Assembly: GCA_944393315.1 (NCBI GenBank) | Contig: CALXZT010000001.1 | Span: 10,252 to 74,251 of the forward strand | DNA length: 64,000 nucleotides | From: an uncultured Clostridia bacterium | GTDB taxonomy: Bacteria; Bacillota; Clostridia; TANB77; CAG-508 | Reading direction: 5' to 3' | Shown here: positions 10,000 to 20,340 of the stretch, one piece after another | How the letters are laid out: each line of letters opens with the position of its first letter | Position numbering within the stretch: position 1 is the first letter of the stretch | Made by a program: the position numbers and the translations under genes | Notes under the pieces: model-generated | Seen by the model: only the letters and a program-made list of their open reading frames with translations | Databases searched by the model: none | Told to the model about the DNA's origin: nothing

Positions 10000-10248
10000 C
10001 TTATTTCCTCCTATACTTTTATTGTTGCTTGTATTACATATATTATAAAACCAAAAAGCTCGAGGAACGCCCTCTTACTAATTAGTAAAAACGGGAAAAT
10101 GACACAGGTTTTAACCTTGTCGCTTAACATTATACATTATTTTACATAAAAATGCAAGCGGTTAACTAATAATTATGCGTAGTTTCAATATAAATTCCTT
10201 AAAATTCTGCTATTTTGTAAGAAATGTATTGCACTAATATTTTTAAAT

Positions 10249-11027
10249 TTAACCTAATGCTACATCTAAAATCATCATTATTACAAATCCAATTGCAACA
10301 CCAATTGTTCCAATATTTGAGTGTTCACCTGCTTGTGATTCTGGTATTAGTTCCTCAACTACTACATATATCATTGCTCCTGCTGCAAATGCTAATAAAT
10401 ATGGAAGAACTGGAATTATTGCATTTGCAAGTAACATTGTAATTATTGCTGCTATTGGTTCTACTACTCCTGATAGTGTTCCATATAAAAAGGCTCTCGG
10501 TCTTGATACTCCTTCTCCTTTTAATGGCATTGAAACTATTGCTCCTTCAGGAAAGTTTTGTATTGCTATTCCACATGCTAATGCAATTGTTCCTGTTAAA
10601 GTTATTCCCGTATTTTCCATCAGTGCTCCCGCAAGTGTTACCCCCACTGCCATTCCTTCTGGAATATTGTGAAGTGTTACTGCAAATAACATCATAGTTG
10701 TTTTCTTAAATTTTGATTTTATTCCTTCTGGTTTATCTGTTTTCAAGTGTAAATGTGGCACTACACTATCTAACACCAGTAGAAATACTATTCCTAATAA
10801 AAAACCTATTGCAGCTGGTATCCATGCTATTTTCCCTTGTTCTTCTGCCATATTAATTGCCGGAATAATTAGTGACCATACAGAAGCTGCTATCATTACT
10901 CCTGAAGCAAATCCTAACAATATTTTTTCAGTTTTCATATTTATTTTATTTTTCATTAAAAATACCATACTTGAACCTAGTGTGGTTCCTAAAAATGGTA
11001 TTAATAGGGTTGCTAATAATTGCATTT
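10249..11027 (-). CDS. ZIP family metal (zinc) transporter
   Basis: HNIPEGMAVG and HSNIGT ZIP signatures, multiple TMs. Start moved to the internal ATG (MQLLATLL) preceded by SD AAAGGAG. Confidence 0.8.
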
Positions 11028-11176
11028 TTTTCTTACTCCTTTTAAATGATGCTGAATTTAAGACCATATTATCATAAAAATAGATAATTTACAAGATAAA
11101 GATATTCTTTAAATTCGTTTATGATATGTGTTTTACCAATTTTCATATCTTTGATTTCTATTAATAATAATATTGC

Positions 11177-11737
11177 CTAAAACAGTTTCAAATGTTCTAG
11201 CAATATTTTTAATCCTATTAATATTAATATTGCTCCTCCAACTACTTCAGCCTTTCTTTCATATTTATCTCCAAATTTGTTACCCAATTTTACTCCTATT
11301 ATGCATATTATAAGGGTCACTATTCCTATAATTATTGTTGCCAATATTATATCTACTTTCAAAAAGGCAAATGTAATTCCAACTGCTAAAGCATCTATAC
11401 TTGTAGCAATTGCTAAAATTATCATTGTTTTAAAATCTACATTGTCATTACGATTCTCTTCATTTTTTGTAAATGCTTCTTTTAACATATTGCTCCCTAT
11501 AAATGTTAGTAATGCAAATGCTATCCAATGGTCTATTTGGGTGACTAAATTTTCAAATGTTGCTCCTAAAAAGTACCCGATAACTGGCATTAATGCTTGA
11601 AATGTTCCAAAATATAATCCCACTATTAAAGCCTTTCTCCAACTCATACTTTTCATAGATAAGCCTTTACATATTGAAACTGCAAATGCGTCCATTGCTA
11701 ATCCAATGCCAATTAATAAAATTTCTATTGTCTCCAT
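11177..11737 (-). CDS. mntP: manganese efflux pump MntP
   Basis: [10 protein letters not shown] ... SIDALAVG duplicated MntP motifs, 186 aa. Confidence 0.8.
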   Translation of the reverse strand: METIEILLIGIGLAMDAFAVSICKGLSMKSMSWRKALIVGLYFGTFQALMPVIGYFLGATFENLVTQIDHWIAFALLTFIGSNMLKEAFTKNEENRNDNVDFKTMIILAIATSIDALAVGITFAFLKVDIILATIIIGIVTLIICIIGVKLGNKFGDKYERKAEVVGGAILILIGLKILLEHLKLF

Positions 11738-11770
11738 CTTTTTTCTCCTTTACTTTAATTGTATATGATA

Positions 11771-11816
11771 AAGAAGAAGACTATGCCTGCAAATATTATT
11801 TGCAAGCATAGCCTCA
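11771..11816 (-). terminator. long palindromic hairpin (GAGGCTATGCTTGCAAATAATATTTGCAGGCATAGTC) + TCTTCTTCTTT, terminator of the upstream operon
   Basis: Read directly. Confidence 0.5.
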
Positions 11817-11911
11817 TTCTTTAAAAAATCATATACTTCTTAAAATTGTTTGTTTTAAGGCTTTTACTATGCTAACAACTCCATTATAATTATTATAATT
11901 TGTTACATTTA

Positions 11912-12151
11912 TTATAATTCTTTTAGTCTTTCTGTATAATCTGCTTTATTTAATTCTTCTACTACCCCGCAATTACTGCACATTACAAATCTTCTTTTTG
12001 TTTTCCAAAATATTGGAATTCCAAATATGTGTAATTTAAATATCTCTTTTGCTAAAAACATATCTTCATCATGACTACAATTTGTACAATGCTTTTTTCC
12101 TAAATGCTTTTCTTTTTTTATATTTGTTTTCCATCCATATACAATAACCAT
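11912..12151 (-). CDS. small zinc-ribbon protein
   Basis: CTNC ... CSNC pairs. 79 aa. Tightly coupled to the upstream gene. Confidence 0.45.
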   Translation of the reverse strand: MVIVYGWKTNIKKEKHLGKKHCTNCSHDEDMFLAKEIFKLHIFGIPIFWKTKRRFVMCSNCGVVEELNKADYTERLKEL

Positions 12152-12152
12152 T

Positions 12153-13100
12153 TTAGTTTCCTCCTTGTTTTACTTTACTTCTTATTTTTTCTAATACCTC
12201 ATCAAATTGTGCATTTTTTGAATCAAATGGCTTTGGCGCTACATAATATTTTTCATTATTTTTTGTTTCCAAAGCAATATATCTGTATGTTTGATATACT
12301 CCATCTATCATATTTGAAGGATAAACATTTATTATATCTGCAAATTTGACAATTACTAATTTAGGAGAATAACTTATTACATAGTTTTCTGTTATTTCAA
12401 GATTTAATTTTTTGTATTGTTGAACTGTTTCTTTTGAATATTCATTTTTTAAATCTTCTAGCTTTCCTTCTTCATCTAATCTTTTTAGAATGTCAGCATT
12501 ATTTTTGTTATTTTTTCTATTTGATAATAAAATAATAAGTGCTAAAAGTCCAAATATTGCTGCAAATATGTATCCGGCGACAACTTTATCTTCTGCTTGG
12601 TCTATAGTGTTTAAATAACAACTACCAAAGTATTCGATGTAATTTGACATTGAAAAGAATTCTTCTTCATATACTTCATTCCAAAATTGAACTAAGAATT
12701 CTGCTACTTCTGATTCTAATTCTGTTCCATATCCATATGCTGTAACTGGTTGTATCAAATCAATATTTTCTTCTGTAACATCTTCACCAAAAACAGGTAA
12801 GTCAGTAGTTTTTCCTGTTTTTACTAATATATAATTATTATCTGTGGTATATGCTGAATATAACTGTTCTACTACTGTTCCATCTTCTGTGTATTCTGCA
12901 AATGGTCCTACTAAATAATATATTTCTGCCTTGTAATAGTCGTTATTACTCATTCCATCAAAAGTGTCCCAACTATCTTTATCTGAATTTCCTTGTAATA
13001 TTCCAATTAGTAATATTGCTACTGCAATTATTAAGAAAAATATTCCTAATTTTGAATTTCCACTTCTTGCTTTTTTTAATTTTTTTTCTAATTCTTCCAT
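12153..13100 (-). CDS. hypothetical membrane protein (TM near N-terminus and a second TM around residue 190)
   Basis: ORF with two hydrophobic helices. No motif recognised. Confidence 0.45.
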   Translation of the reverse strand: MEELEKKLKKARSGNSKLGIFFLIIAVAILLIGILQGNSDKDSWDTFDGMSNNDYYKAEIYYLVGPFAEYTEDGTVVEQLYSAYTTDNNYILVKTGKTTDLPVFGEDVTEENIDLIQPVTAYGYGTELESEVAEFLVQFWNEVYEEEFFSMSNYIEYFGSCYLNTIDQAEDKVVAGYIFAAIFGLLALIILLSNRKNNKNNADILKRLDEEGKLEDLKNEYSKETVQQYKKLNLEITENYVISYSPKLVIVKFADIINVYPSNMIDGVYQTYRYIALETKNNEKYYVAPKPFDSKNAQFDEVLEKIRSKVKQGGN

Positions 13101-13159
13101 ATTAAAACATTCCCTTCTATTCTAATCTTTTTATATAATTATTATTTTAATTTAATATA

Positions 13160-13579
13160 TTATTCTTTTTCTACTAATTGTTTTAATTTTTCATATATAT
13201 CTGGATTTGTTTTCTTTAAATTAATAATTTTAAAAGTTTTTGAATCAGACCATGCTAATGTTGTTTTTCCAATATTTATTAAATTATTATTAGTATCATA
13301 AATATTATATTCTAATGTAAATTTAACTGGTGTTAGCTCTATAATTTTTGTTTTTATTTCTACCTCCTGATTATAATATGCTGGTTTTTTATATTTGCAA
13401 TTTAATTCTACTAATGGTGTCATAATACCATTATTTTCGATTTCATCATATCTTAATCCTATTTGATTAAAAAAATCTGTTCTTGCTTGTTCATACCAAA
13501 TTGCATATACAGAATGATGTATTATTCCCATTTTGTCTGTTTCTGCATATCTTGGTAATATTTTAGTTATTGCTATCAT
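13160..13579 (-). CDS. acyl-CoA thioesterase, hotdog fold (YbgC/4HBT family)
   Basis: 139 aa. ETDKMGIIHHSVYAIWYEQAR matches the 4HBT thioesterase active-site region. Confidence 0.65.
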   Translation of the reverse strand: MIAITKILPRYAETDKMGIIHHSVYAIWYEQARTDFFNQIGLRYDEIENNGIMTPLVELNCKYKKPAYYNQEVEIKTKIIELTPVKFTLEYNIYDTNNNLINIGKTTLAWSDSKTFKIINLKKTNPDIYEKLKQLVEKE

Positions 13580-13644
13580 AATTCACTCCACTTTTTGAAT
13601 TATAATACTATTTTTTGTACAAATTGTCAATTTTAAAATTACTA

Positions 13645-14355
13645 TTATTTTATACTTTCTATTATATCCTTTGTTGCTTTTGATTTATCAAATTTGTTAA
13701 TTATAAAAATTATAGTCCCAACTATTAAGAATGTAATTCCATAAATCAAAATGCTAAACTTCCAGTTTCCGACAACTAGGTTTGCTCCCGCAAGCGTTGA
13801 TGATATTACAGATGGAAATCTTCCCAAAGTCGAGATAATAATAAATCTATATGTGTTAATTGGCAATAATGCTCCAATATATACTAATAAATCTTTTGGC
13901 GTTCCAGGAATTAAAAACAAAATTATTATAATCCATTCTAATCTTTTATGATTTTTAAACATTTTACTATTTTCTATTTTTTCTATCTTTTCTTTTGAAT
14001 AAAAGTCATATACGAACTTTCTCCCAAATCTTTTTACCATAAAAACTATTAATGCTGTTATTATAACTGCTGAAATCATTATAAATGCTAGTCCTCCAAA
14101 TGTACCATAACACATACCTGCTAATACTTCTATTGGTTCTCCTGGTATAATTATTAAAAATATTTGTGCAAGTTGTAGACCAAATAGCATTAGTAAACCT
14201 AAAAAACCTAACTCATCTATTTTTTCTTTAAATGCAATTTGGCCTTCTTGTGTGCTTAAATTTTTCATTATAGGGATTAAATAAATTATCATTCCTAATA
14301 TTATTGATATTGCTAATATTGCTATAATTATTTTAAATATTTTTGTTTTCTTCAT
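13645..14355 (-). CDS. TVP38/TMEM64 (DedA/SNARE-associated) family membrane protein
   Basis: Multi-TM 236 aa. GEPIEVLAGMCYG ... LIPGTPKDLLVYIGA motifs typical of the family. Confidence 0.65.
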   Translation of the reverse strand: MKKTKIFKIIIAILAISIILGMIIYLIPIMKNLSTQEGQIAFKEKIDELGFLGLLMLFGLQLAQIFLIIIPGEPIEVLAGMCYGTFGGLAFIMISAVIITALIVFMVKRFGRKFVYDFYSKEKIEKIENSKMFKNHKRLEWIIIILFLIPGTPKDLLVYIGALLPINTYRFIIISTLGRFPSVISSTLAGANLVVGNWKFSILIYGITFLIVGTIIFIINKFDKSKATKDIIESIK

Positions 14356-14381
14356 ATTTTTTCCTTCTTTTTGCTTTATTT

Positions 14382-16226
14382 TTATCTATTCTTAATTTTT
14401 AATACTCTTAAACTATTTATTATTGCAATTATTGAAACTCCTACATCTGCAAAAACTGCTTGCCACATTGTTGATAGTCCTAACGCACTTAATATTAATA
14501 CTGCAATTTTTATTCCAATTGCAAATATAATATTTTCCTTTACTATTCTCATTGTTTTTTTTGATAGCTTTATTGCATTTGCTATTTTAGATGGTTCATC
14601 TGTCATAATTACTATATCTGCTGCTTCTATTGCTGCATCTGAACCTAGTGCACCCATAGCTATTCCTATATCAGAAATAGCCAATACAGGAGCATCATTT
14701 ATTCCATCTCCAACAAATATTAGCTTTCCTTTTTGAGTTTTTTCTTTTAATAGCTCTTCTAGTTTTTCTACTTTTCCTTCTGGTAATAATTCTGTATATA
14801 CCTTGTCTATATTTAGCTTTTTGGCTACTTCTTCTCCAACATTTTTTCTATCTCCTGTTAATATAACAATTTGCTTTGTATTATTTTTCTTTAACTCTTC
14901 TATAGCCTTTTTAGCATCTTCTTTTATTTCATCTGATATTAATATATATCCTGCGTATTTATTATTTATTGCGACATATATTATTGTTCCAACTTCTTCA
15001 CATTTTTTATAATTAATTTTTCTGTCTTGCATTAGCTTTTCATTTCCAACTAACACTTCATTTCCTTCAACCTTTGCTTGTATTCCTTGCCCTGGAATCT
15101 CTTTTATTTCTGTCACTATATTGTTTTCTATTTCTTTGTCATGTGCCTTTTTTATTGAAGTTGAAATTGGATGATTTGAATAACTTTCAGCATATGCTGC
15201 AATTCTTATAAGCTCTTCATATGGCATATCTACTGCTTCGACTTTCTGTACTTCAAATACTCCTTTTGTTAAAGTTCCAGTTTTATCAAAAACTACTATT
15301 TCTGTATTTGCTAGTGCCTCTAAATAATTGCTTCCTTTTATTAGAACTCCAATTTTAGATGCCCCTCCTAAACCTCCAAAAAAACTTAATGGAATTGATA
15401 TTACTAATGCACATGGACATGATACTACTAAAAATGATAATGCCCTATATAACCAGTCTGAAAACATTTGCCCTTCAAATAGTAATGGTGGAAATATCGC
15501 TAAAGCTAATGCTATAATTACTACTATTGGCGTATAATATTTTGCAAATTTTGTAATAAAATTTTCCGACTTAGATTTTTTACTACTTGCATTTTCTACT
15601 AGTTCTAATATTTTACTTACAGTTGATTCTCCAAATTCTTTTGTTACTTGTATTTTTAGTAAACCATTTTGATTAATACATCCACTTAATATTTCGTCTC
15701 CAACTGTTACTCTCCTTGGAACAGATTCTCCTGTTAGAGCAGATGTATCTAACATTGATTCTCCCTCTTGCACTATTCCATCTAATGGAACTTTTTCTCC
15801 TGGTTTTATAATTATTATATCTCCTATTTGTACCGCCTCTGGAGATACTTTTTCTGTTTCATTATTTTTTAATAAATTTGCATAGTCTGGTCTAATATCC
15901 ATTAAGCTTGTTATTGATTTTCTTGATTTGTCAACAGCATAACTTTGGAATAATTCTCCGACTTGATAAAATAACATAACAGCTACTGCTTCAGGAAATT
16001 CTTTTATTGCAAATGCTCCTATTGTTGCTACCGTCATAAGAAAATTTTCGTCAAATATTTTTCCTCTTAATATGTTTCTTATTGCTTTTTTTATAATTTC
16101 TGTTCCTACGATTAAATAACTCAAAATAAATATTGTATTATTAACCCATTCATTTGGAAATTTGCCTACCAACGCAATTATAAATAATATAAATGCTATA
16201 ATGATTTTATTTCTTCTTTTTTTCAT
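14382..16226 (-). CDS. cadA: heavy-metal (Cd/Zn/Pb-type) translocating P1B-ATPase lacking an N-terminal HMA domain
   Basis: CPC motif (VVSCPCALVISIP), DKTGTLT phosphorylation site, GDGINDAP hinge. 614 aa. SD AGGAGGAA. Confidence 0.9.
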   Translation of the reverse strand: MKKRRNKIIIAFILFIIALVGKFPNEWVNNTIFILSYLIVGTEIIKKAIRNILRGKIFDENFLMTVATIGAFAIKEFPEAVAVMLFYQVGELFQSYAVDKSRKSITSLMDIRPDYANLLKNNETEKVSPEAVQIGDIIIIKPGEKVPLDGIVQEGESMLDTSALTGESVPRRVTVGDEILSGCINQNGLLKIQVTKEFGESTVSKILELVENASSKKSKSENFITKFAKYYTPIVVIIALALAIFPPLLFEGQMFSDWLYRALSFLVVSCPCALVISIPLSFFGGLGGASKIGVLIKGSNYLEALANTEIVVFDKTGTLTKGVFEVQKVEAVDMPYEELIRIAAYAESYSNHPISTSIKKAHDKEIENNIVTEIKEIPGQGIQAKVEGNEVLVGNEKLMQDRKINYKKCEEVGTIIYVAINNKYAGYILISDEIKEDAKKAIEELKKNNTKQIVILTGDRKNVGEEVAKKLNIDKVYTELLPEGKVEKLEELLKEKTQKGKLIFVGDGINDAPVLAISDIGIAMGALGSDAAIEAADIVIMTDEPSKIANAIKLSKKTMRIVKENIIFAIGIKIAVLILSALGLSTMWQAVFADVGVSIIAIINSLRVLKIKNR

Positions 16227-16235
16227 TTGTTCCTC

Positions 16236-16457
16236 CTAAAATTCTTCTAACATAGCATCTGGTTCTTCTTTTTTTATTACTTTTTTAATTTTTTTTATTA
16301 TTTCGTCTTTGTTTTGCTCATCATATTCAAGAGTGATTCTTTCTGCTATAAAGCTTATTGAAGCACACTGTACTCCTTCTACCTTTCTTATAGCATTTTC
16401 CATTTCTGCTGCACAGTTTGCACAGTCTATTCCAGTTATTTTATATGTATTTTTCAT
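16236..16457 (-). CDS. heavy-metal-associated (HMA) domain metallochaperone, stand-alone
   Basis: GIDCANCA metal-binding motif. 73 aa. Its stop overlaps the SD of the ATPase. Confidence 0.8.
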   Translation of the reverse strand: MKNTYKITGIDCANCAAEMENAIRKVEGVQCASISFIAERITLEYDEQNKDEIIKKIKKVIKKEEPDAMLEEF

Positions 16458-16521
16458 GCTAATTTCCTCCTATATTATATAATTTTAAGTATATTCAGAC
16501 AACTATAAATGTTATTTGTTT

Positions 16522-16884
16522 TTAAATCTTGTGCTCAATATGCTCTATTCCTACTTCAAACAATTCTTTAACATGGTCATCATCTAACATATAATATACT
16601 TCTTTTCCTTCTTTTCTGCATTTTACTATGCCACTTCTCCTTAATATTCCTAATTGGTGTGATATTGATGATTTAGTCATTCCTAATACATTTGCTATGT
16701 CACATACACACATTTCGTTCTGATCTAATGCAAATAAGATTCTTGTTCTTGTTGTGTCTCCTAATATTTTAAAAAATTCAGCTAACTTATTAAATGAATC
16801 TTCAGATGGCATTTTACTTAAAGTATCTCTTACTATATCTTCATGAATTATATTGCAATCACATGTAAATTCGTTTTTTGACAT
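16522..16884 (-). CDS. cadC: ArsR/SmtB family metalloregulator (CadC-like)
   Basis: N-terminal CDC, ELCVCD-like metal site (EMCVCDIANVLGMTKSSISHQL) and wHTH. 120 aa. Confidence 0.85.
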   Translation of the reverse strand: MSKNEFTCDCNIIHEDIVRDTLSKMPSEDSFNKLAEFFKILGDTTRTRILFALDQNEMCVCDIANVLGMTKSSISHQLGILRRSGIVKCRKEGKEVYYMLDDDHVKELFEVGIEHIEHKI

Positions 16885-16923
16885 TTCCGCCTCCTTATAT
16901 TTAAATCAATTATTAATATATGT

Positions 16924-16984
16924 ACAGTTGTTCAATTATTCAACTGTTATTGTTATTATACTATTAATTATATTTTTTTGTCAA
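16924..16984 (-). promoter_or_regulatory. candidate sigmaA promoter (TTGACA-18-TATAAT) with an inverted repeat ACAGTTGTTCAATTATTCAACTGT overlapping +1: candidate CadC operator
   Basis: Hexamers and dyad read directly on the minus strand upstream of cadC. Confidence 0.45.
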
Positions 16985-17012
16985 TGGTGTTATCTGTTAT
17001 TTTTATGGATTT

Positions 17013-17402
17013 TTATAAGAGAATCTGTAGTATTTTTGGTATAAATATTATTGTTCCTACCACTGTCGCTCCAATTGCAGTTACTAATACTGCTCCTGCT
17101 GATACATCTTTTGCAATTTTTGCTTTTACATTTTTTTCCTTAGTTATCATATCTACAATTGTCTCTAATGCTGTATTAAATAGTTCTGCTGATATTACTA
17201 TTGTAATTGCAAATGTACATAAAATCCATTCTGTTTTATTAATTTTTAATATAACTCCAAGTAATATTACTAAAACTGTTGCTAGTACATGAATTTTCAT
17301 GTTTCTTTCTGTTTTGAATGATGTTACTATACCTTCAAATGCATATTTGAAACTATTTATTATTTTTTTTGTTTTTACTTTAATTAATCTTTTTGATTTC
17401 AT
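17013..17402 (-). CDS. dgkA: diacylglycerol/undecaprenol kinase DgkA family
   Basis: 129 aa, three TMs. SAELFNTALE motif. Confidence 0.75.
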   Translation of the reverse strand: MKSKRLIKVKTKKIINSFKYAFEGIVTSFKTERNMKIHVLATVLVILLGVILKINKTEWILCTFAITIVISAELFNTALETIVDMITKEKNVKAKIAKDVSAGAVLVTAIGATVVGTIIFIPKILQILL

Positions 17403-17422
17403 TGTTTTTTCCTATCTTTTTA

Positions 17423-18251
17423 TTAAATTTCTTTCATTATTTTATTTAATGCGTTCTCAACTTTTGTAGCATCTACTGACTTTGAATTTTTAAATTCTAC
17501 TATTGCAGAATGTGCACTATATGTGTTTTTAGTATATTCAATTAAATAGCCTTGACCACTACCATATCTATTTGATTTATCTTTTGAAAGCCCAACCTCA
17601 TTTATAAAAGTTTTAACTATAGTTGGATCTCCTATAACACTATCTTCCCAACCATGAAAATCAATATGAATATTCATTTTGTATTCATCCATTAAAGATT
17701 TTAATTGTCTGGATTCGATAGCTTTAAATGCACCTTCTTTAAAGTCTCTATTCATATCTATTCCTTCAAATGTACATCTGCCAAAAGCTCCTGATTTAGT
17801 TGCTCTATAGTTATTTTTTCCTTCGATAACTCCATCTGGATTAGCTGATGGAACAATTATCATTTGATACTCCCCTAAGTTTTTTATATTTTCAGTGTAG
17901 TATTCTACAAGAGTATTTGCAAGGTTTACCAATACTTGCCCATCTTTAGCATATTCATCTTCATAGCCGATGTACCTCAAAATCTAAAAATATAGTTTTA
18001 GTACTGTCTTCTTCCCCTTTTATTAAAAATGCTTCTAATGGTCTACCTTGTGCAGATTCCCCATATATAATTTTTGTAATATTATTTATTTGTTTTTCTT
18101 CTTTTTCTTCATTTTCTTCTTTAGCATTTTCAATAATATTTTCTGCGAAAGGTTCTATATCATTTGTTTTGTTTTTAAAAAATATAATACTTAATACTAA
18201 TATAAGTGAAAATAATATTAGCATTATTAATATTATAATTCTTTTTTTCAT
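17423..18251 (-). pseudogene. M14-family zinc carboxypeptidase (gamma-D-glutamyl-diamino acid peptidase-like) split by a frameshift near 17960-17980
   Basis: Two overlapping ORFs (96 aa with signal peptide and GRPLEAF; 185 aa with SANPDG and IHIDFHGWE) in different frames. Together they form one M14 domain. Confidence 0.55.
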
Positions 18252-18326
18252 GAAAAGTTTCCTCCAATTTATATTTTAGAATTATTATATCAGAGTTATA
18301 TTTATGTTTCAACAGTTATATATCTT

Positions 18327-18366
18327 AAAATAGCTTACCCTAAATTGTAATGGATAAGCTATTTTT
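18327..18366 (-). terminator. hairpin (AGCTTACCC...GGATAAGCT) + T-run, terminator of the 18406..19011 gene
   Basis: Read directly. Confidence 0.4.
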
Positions 18367-18405
18367 AAAGTTCATATATTATTTTTTAATAATCTTTATA
18401 ATATT

Positions 18406-19011
18406 TTAATTATTTTGTTTTTTATTTTCGAGTTTATAAATTCCGAAAGCAATTACCATCCCTATTGTTGCTGTTATTGCTTGTGTTGAACTCATTGCAA
18501 CTTGCAATGTTGATACTAGTCTGTCTGGGAATATTCCAAATGCTTTTAATATAGCAAAACAACCAAATATTATTGCCACTTTTACAATTATTCCAGCAAT
18601 TCCTGCTAGAAAATAATTTTTCTGTTTTGCTAGCATTATGAATTTAAAACTATATACTAATGCAAAATTTCCTATCCATATAGCAGGTATCATATATACC
18701 ATGTATACAGAAGCTGTTTTAAATACATATCCTCCTAAAATTGTTGCAATACTTGGCATTGTTACTACTCCTAATATTTTTTTCCATCCTTTAAGGTTTA
18801 ATGCTGACATAATTAAGGCTGTATTTACAATAGAACCTATTATAATTTGCGAATTTGTCACAACTACACTATTTGCTGCAAATAAACTTTTTAGTATTTC
18901 CCCTAAAAAGGTTGGAACAAGTAATGATACTAAAAATATAATGATTGTTTGTATTATATCTGATTGCTTTGAAAATTCTCCTACTCTTTTATTAATAATA
19001 CCTTCTTCCAT
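18406..19011 (-). CDS. small polytopic membrane protein, possibly an ECF-transporter S component
   Basis: 201 aa, 5-6 predicted TMs. No motif confidently recognised. Confidence 0.4.
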   Translation of the reverse strand: MEEGIINKRVGEFSKQSDIIQTIIIFLVSLLVPTFLGEILKSLFAANSVVVTNSQIIIGSIVNTALIMSALNLKGWKKILGVVTMPSIATILGGYVFKTASVYMVYMIPAIWIGNFALVYSFKFIMLAKQKNYFLAGIAGIIVKVAIIFGCFAILKAFGIFPDRLVSTLQVAMSSTQAITATIGMVIAFGIYKLENKKQNN

Positions 19012-19089
19012 TTTGTTTCCTCCTTTTATAGAATTTTTATATTTTCATTCTATAATTCGGATTATACCATAATGCATTTTTGAATGCAA

Positions 19090-20313
19090 TTATTTTATTG
19101 CTAATTCCATCATTTTATCAATACTTACTATTTTGGTATGTTTAATTTGTTTCCATTTATATTTTCTTTTAAATAAAGCAATTACATTTAGAGGGATCCA
19201 TGTAAATAAGAATACTGGGTATGTTAAAATTCCTTTTATGTTTTTTATTATTGATTTATTTGACAATTTTAGTGTAATTACTGATATTATTATGCTTGTA
19301 GAGTAACATAAAATTATCGAAATACCTTTACTTATATAATTTATTTGTGTATTTGTTATTATTCCTAATGTTAAATGTGCTATAAATACTAAGATACCTG
19401 CAACTTGTGCTAGTGGTGCCAATAAGAAAAATAACATATCAACACTTGTAATGCTTTTTACCTTTATTAGTTTTTTACCATATCTCATTAAACATTGTAT
19501 AGTTCCTATTGACCATCTTAATCTTTGTTTTAAAGAATCTTTTAAACTAGTTACTTGTTCATCATAAGTTATAGCCTCTTGTACAAATGCTATTTTTTCT
19601 TTTTTCAGTGCACATTGTACTGAAAGTTCTATATCTTCTGTCATTGTTTCTACATTATATCCGTGTTTTTCTATAAAATCTTTTGAAATTATTACTCCTG
19701 TTCCATTTATAAAGCTAGACCAATTTGCATTCATTCTAACTTTATTTAAAAAAATGTTTTGTATCCAGTAATGTAATGAGTAGCAATTGGAAATCCAGCT
19801 ATCCTCAGGGTTTTTGCTTTCCCTATACCCTTGTGCTATATTATAACCATCAAGAACTGCATCATTTGCTTTACCTAAAAATTCTGGTTGAACAATATTA
19901 TCAGCATCAAAAATTATATAGGCATTATAATTACTAGATTTTAAATAGTTAAATGTATATCTTAATACATCTCCTTTTGATTTTACTGGTATAGTACATT
20001 TAATTACTTTTGCCTCCTTTTGCATTGCTATTTGCTCTGTTTTGTCATTGCAATTATTAGGTATCACAAAAATATCATATAAATCTTTAGGGTAATTTTG
20101 TTTTTTTAAACTGTCGATTAAATTTCCTACTACTTTTTCTTCATTTCTGGCTGGTATTATTATTGCGAATCTGCATAATTTTTCATGACTTTTTATACTT
20201 TTATTCTTCAAAAATAAGAATAGAATTGTAAATGCATAATATAACATATATATAAACATTAATATATCTATTATTTTTAGAATTTCCTTTATTATATTCA
20301 TTTTTTTCTCCAA
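19090..20313 (-). CDS. membrane-embedded processive family-2 glycosyltransferase (cellulose/PNAG synthase-like)
   Basis: IIPARNEEKVVG, DADN, QRLRWSIG (QxxRW) motifs. TMs at both ends. 407 aa. Confidence 0.75.
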   Translation of the reverse strand: MEKKMNIIKEILKIIDILMFIYMLYYAFTILFLFLKNKSIKSHEKLCRFAIIIPARNEEKVVGNLIDSLKKQNYPKDLYDIFVIPNNCNDKTEQIAMQKEAKVIKCTIPVKSKGDVLRYTFNYLKSSNYNAYIIFDADNIVQPEFLGKANDAVLDGYNIAQGYRESKNPEDSWISNCYSLHYWIQNIFLNKVRMNANWSSFINGTGVIISKDFIEKHGYNVETMTEDIELSVQCALKKEKIAFVQEAITYDEQVTSLKDSLKQRLRWSIGTIQCLMRYGKKLIKVKSITSVDMLFFLLAPLAQVAGILVFIAHLTLGIITNTQINYISKGISIILCYSTSIIISVITLKLSNKSIIKNIKGILTYPVFLFTWIPLNVIALFKRKYKWKQIKHTKIVSIDKMMELAIK

Positions 20314-20340
20314 TCACTAAAATCTATAATACCTTATTTT

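Noticed and set aside
11028-11176. Zur/Fur box upstream of the ZIP transporter gene
   Set aside because: No convincing match to the Firmicute Zur palindrome (AAATCGTAATnATTACGATTT) found by eye
11738-11911. Possible yybP-ykoY Mn riboswitch upstream of mntP
   Set aside because: Conserved GGGGAGUAG-type cores not recognisable by eye. The palindrome is better explained as the terminator of the upstream operon. Left as a low-interest item for cmsearch
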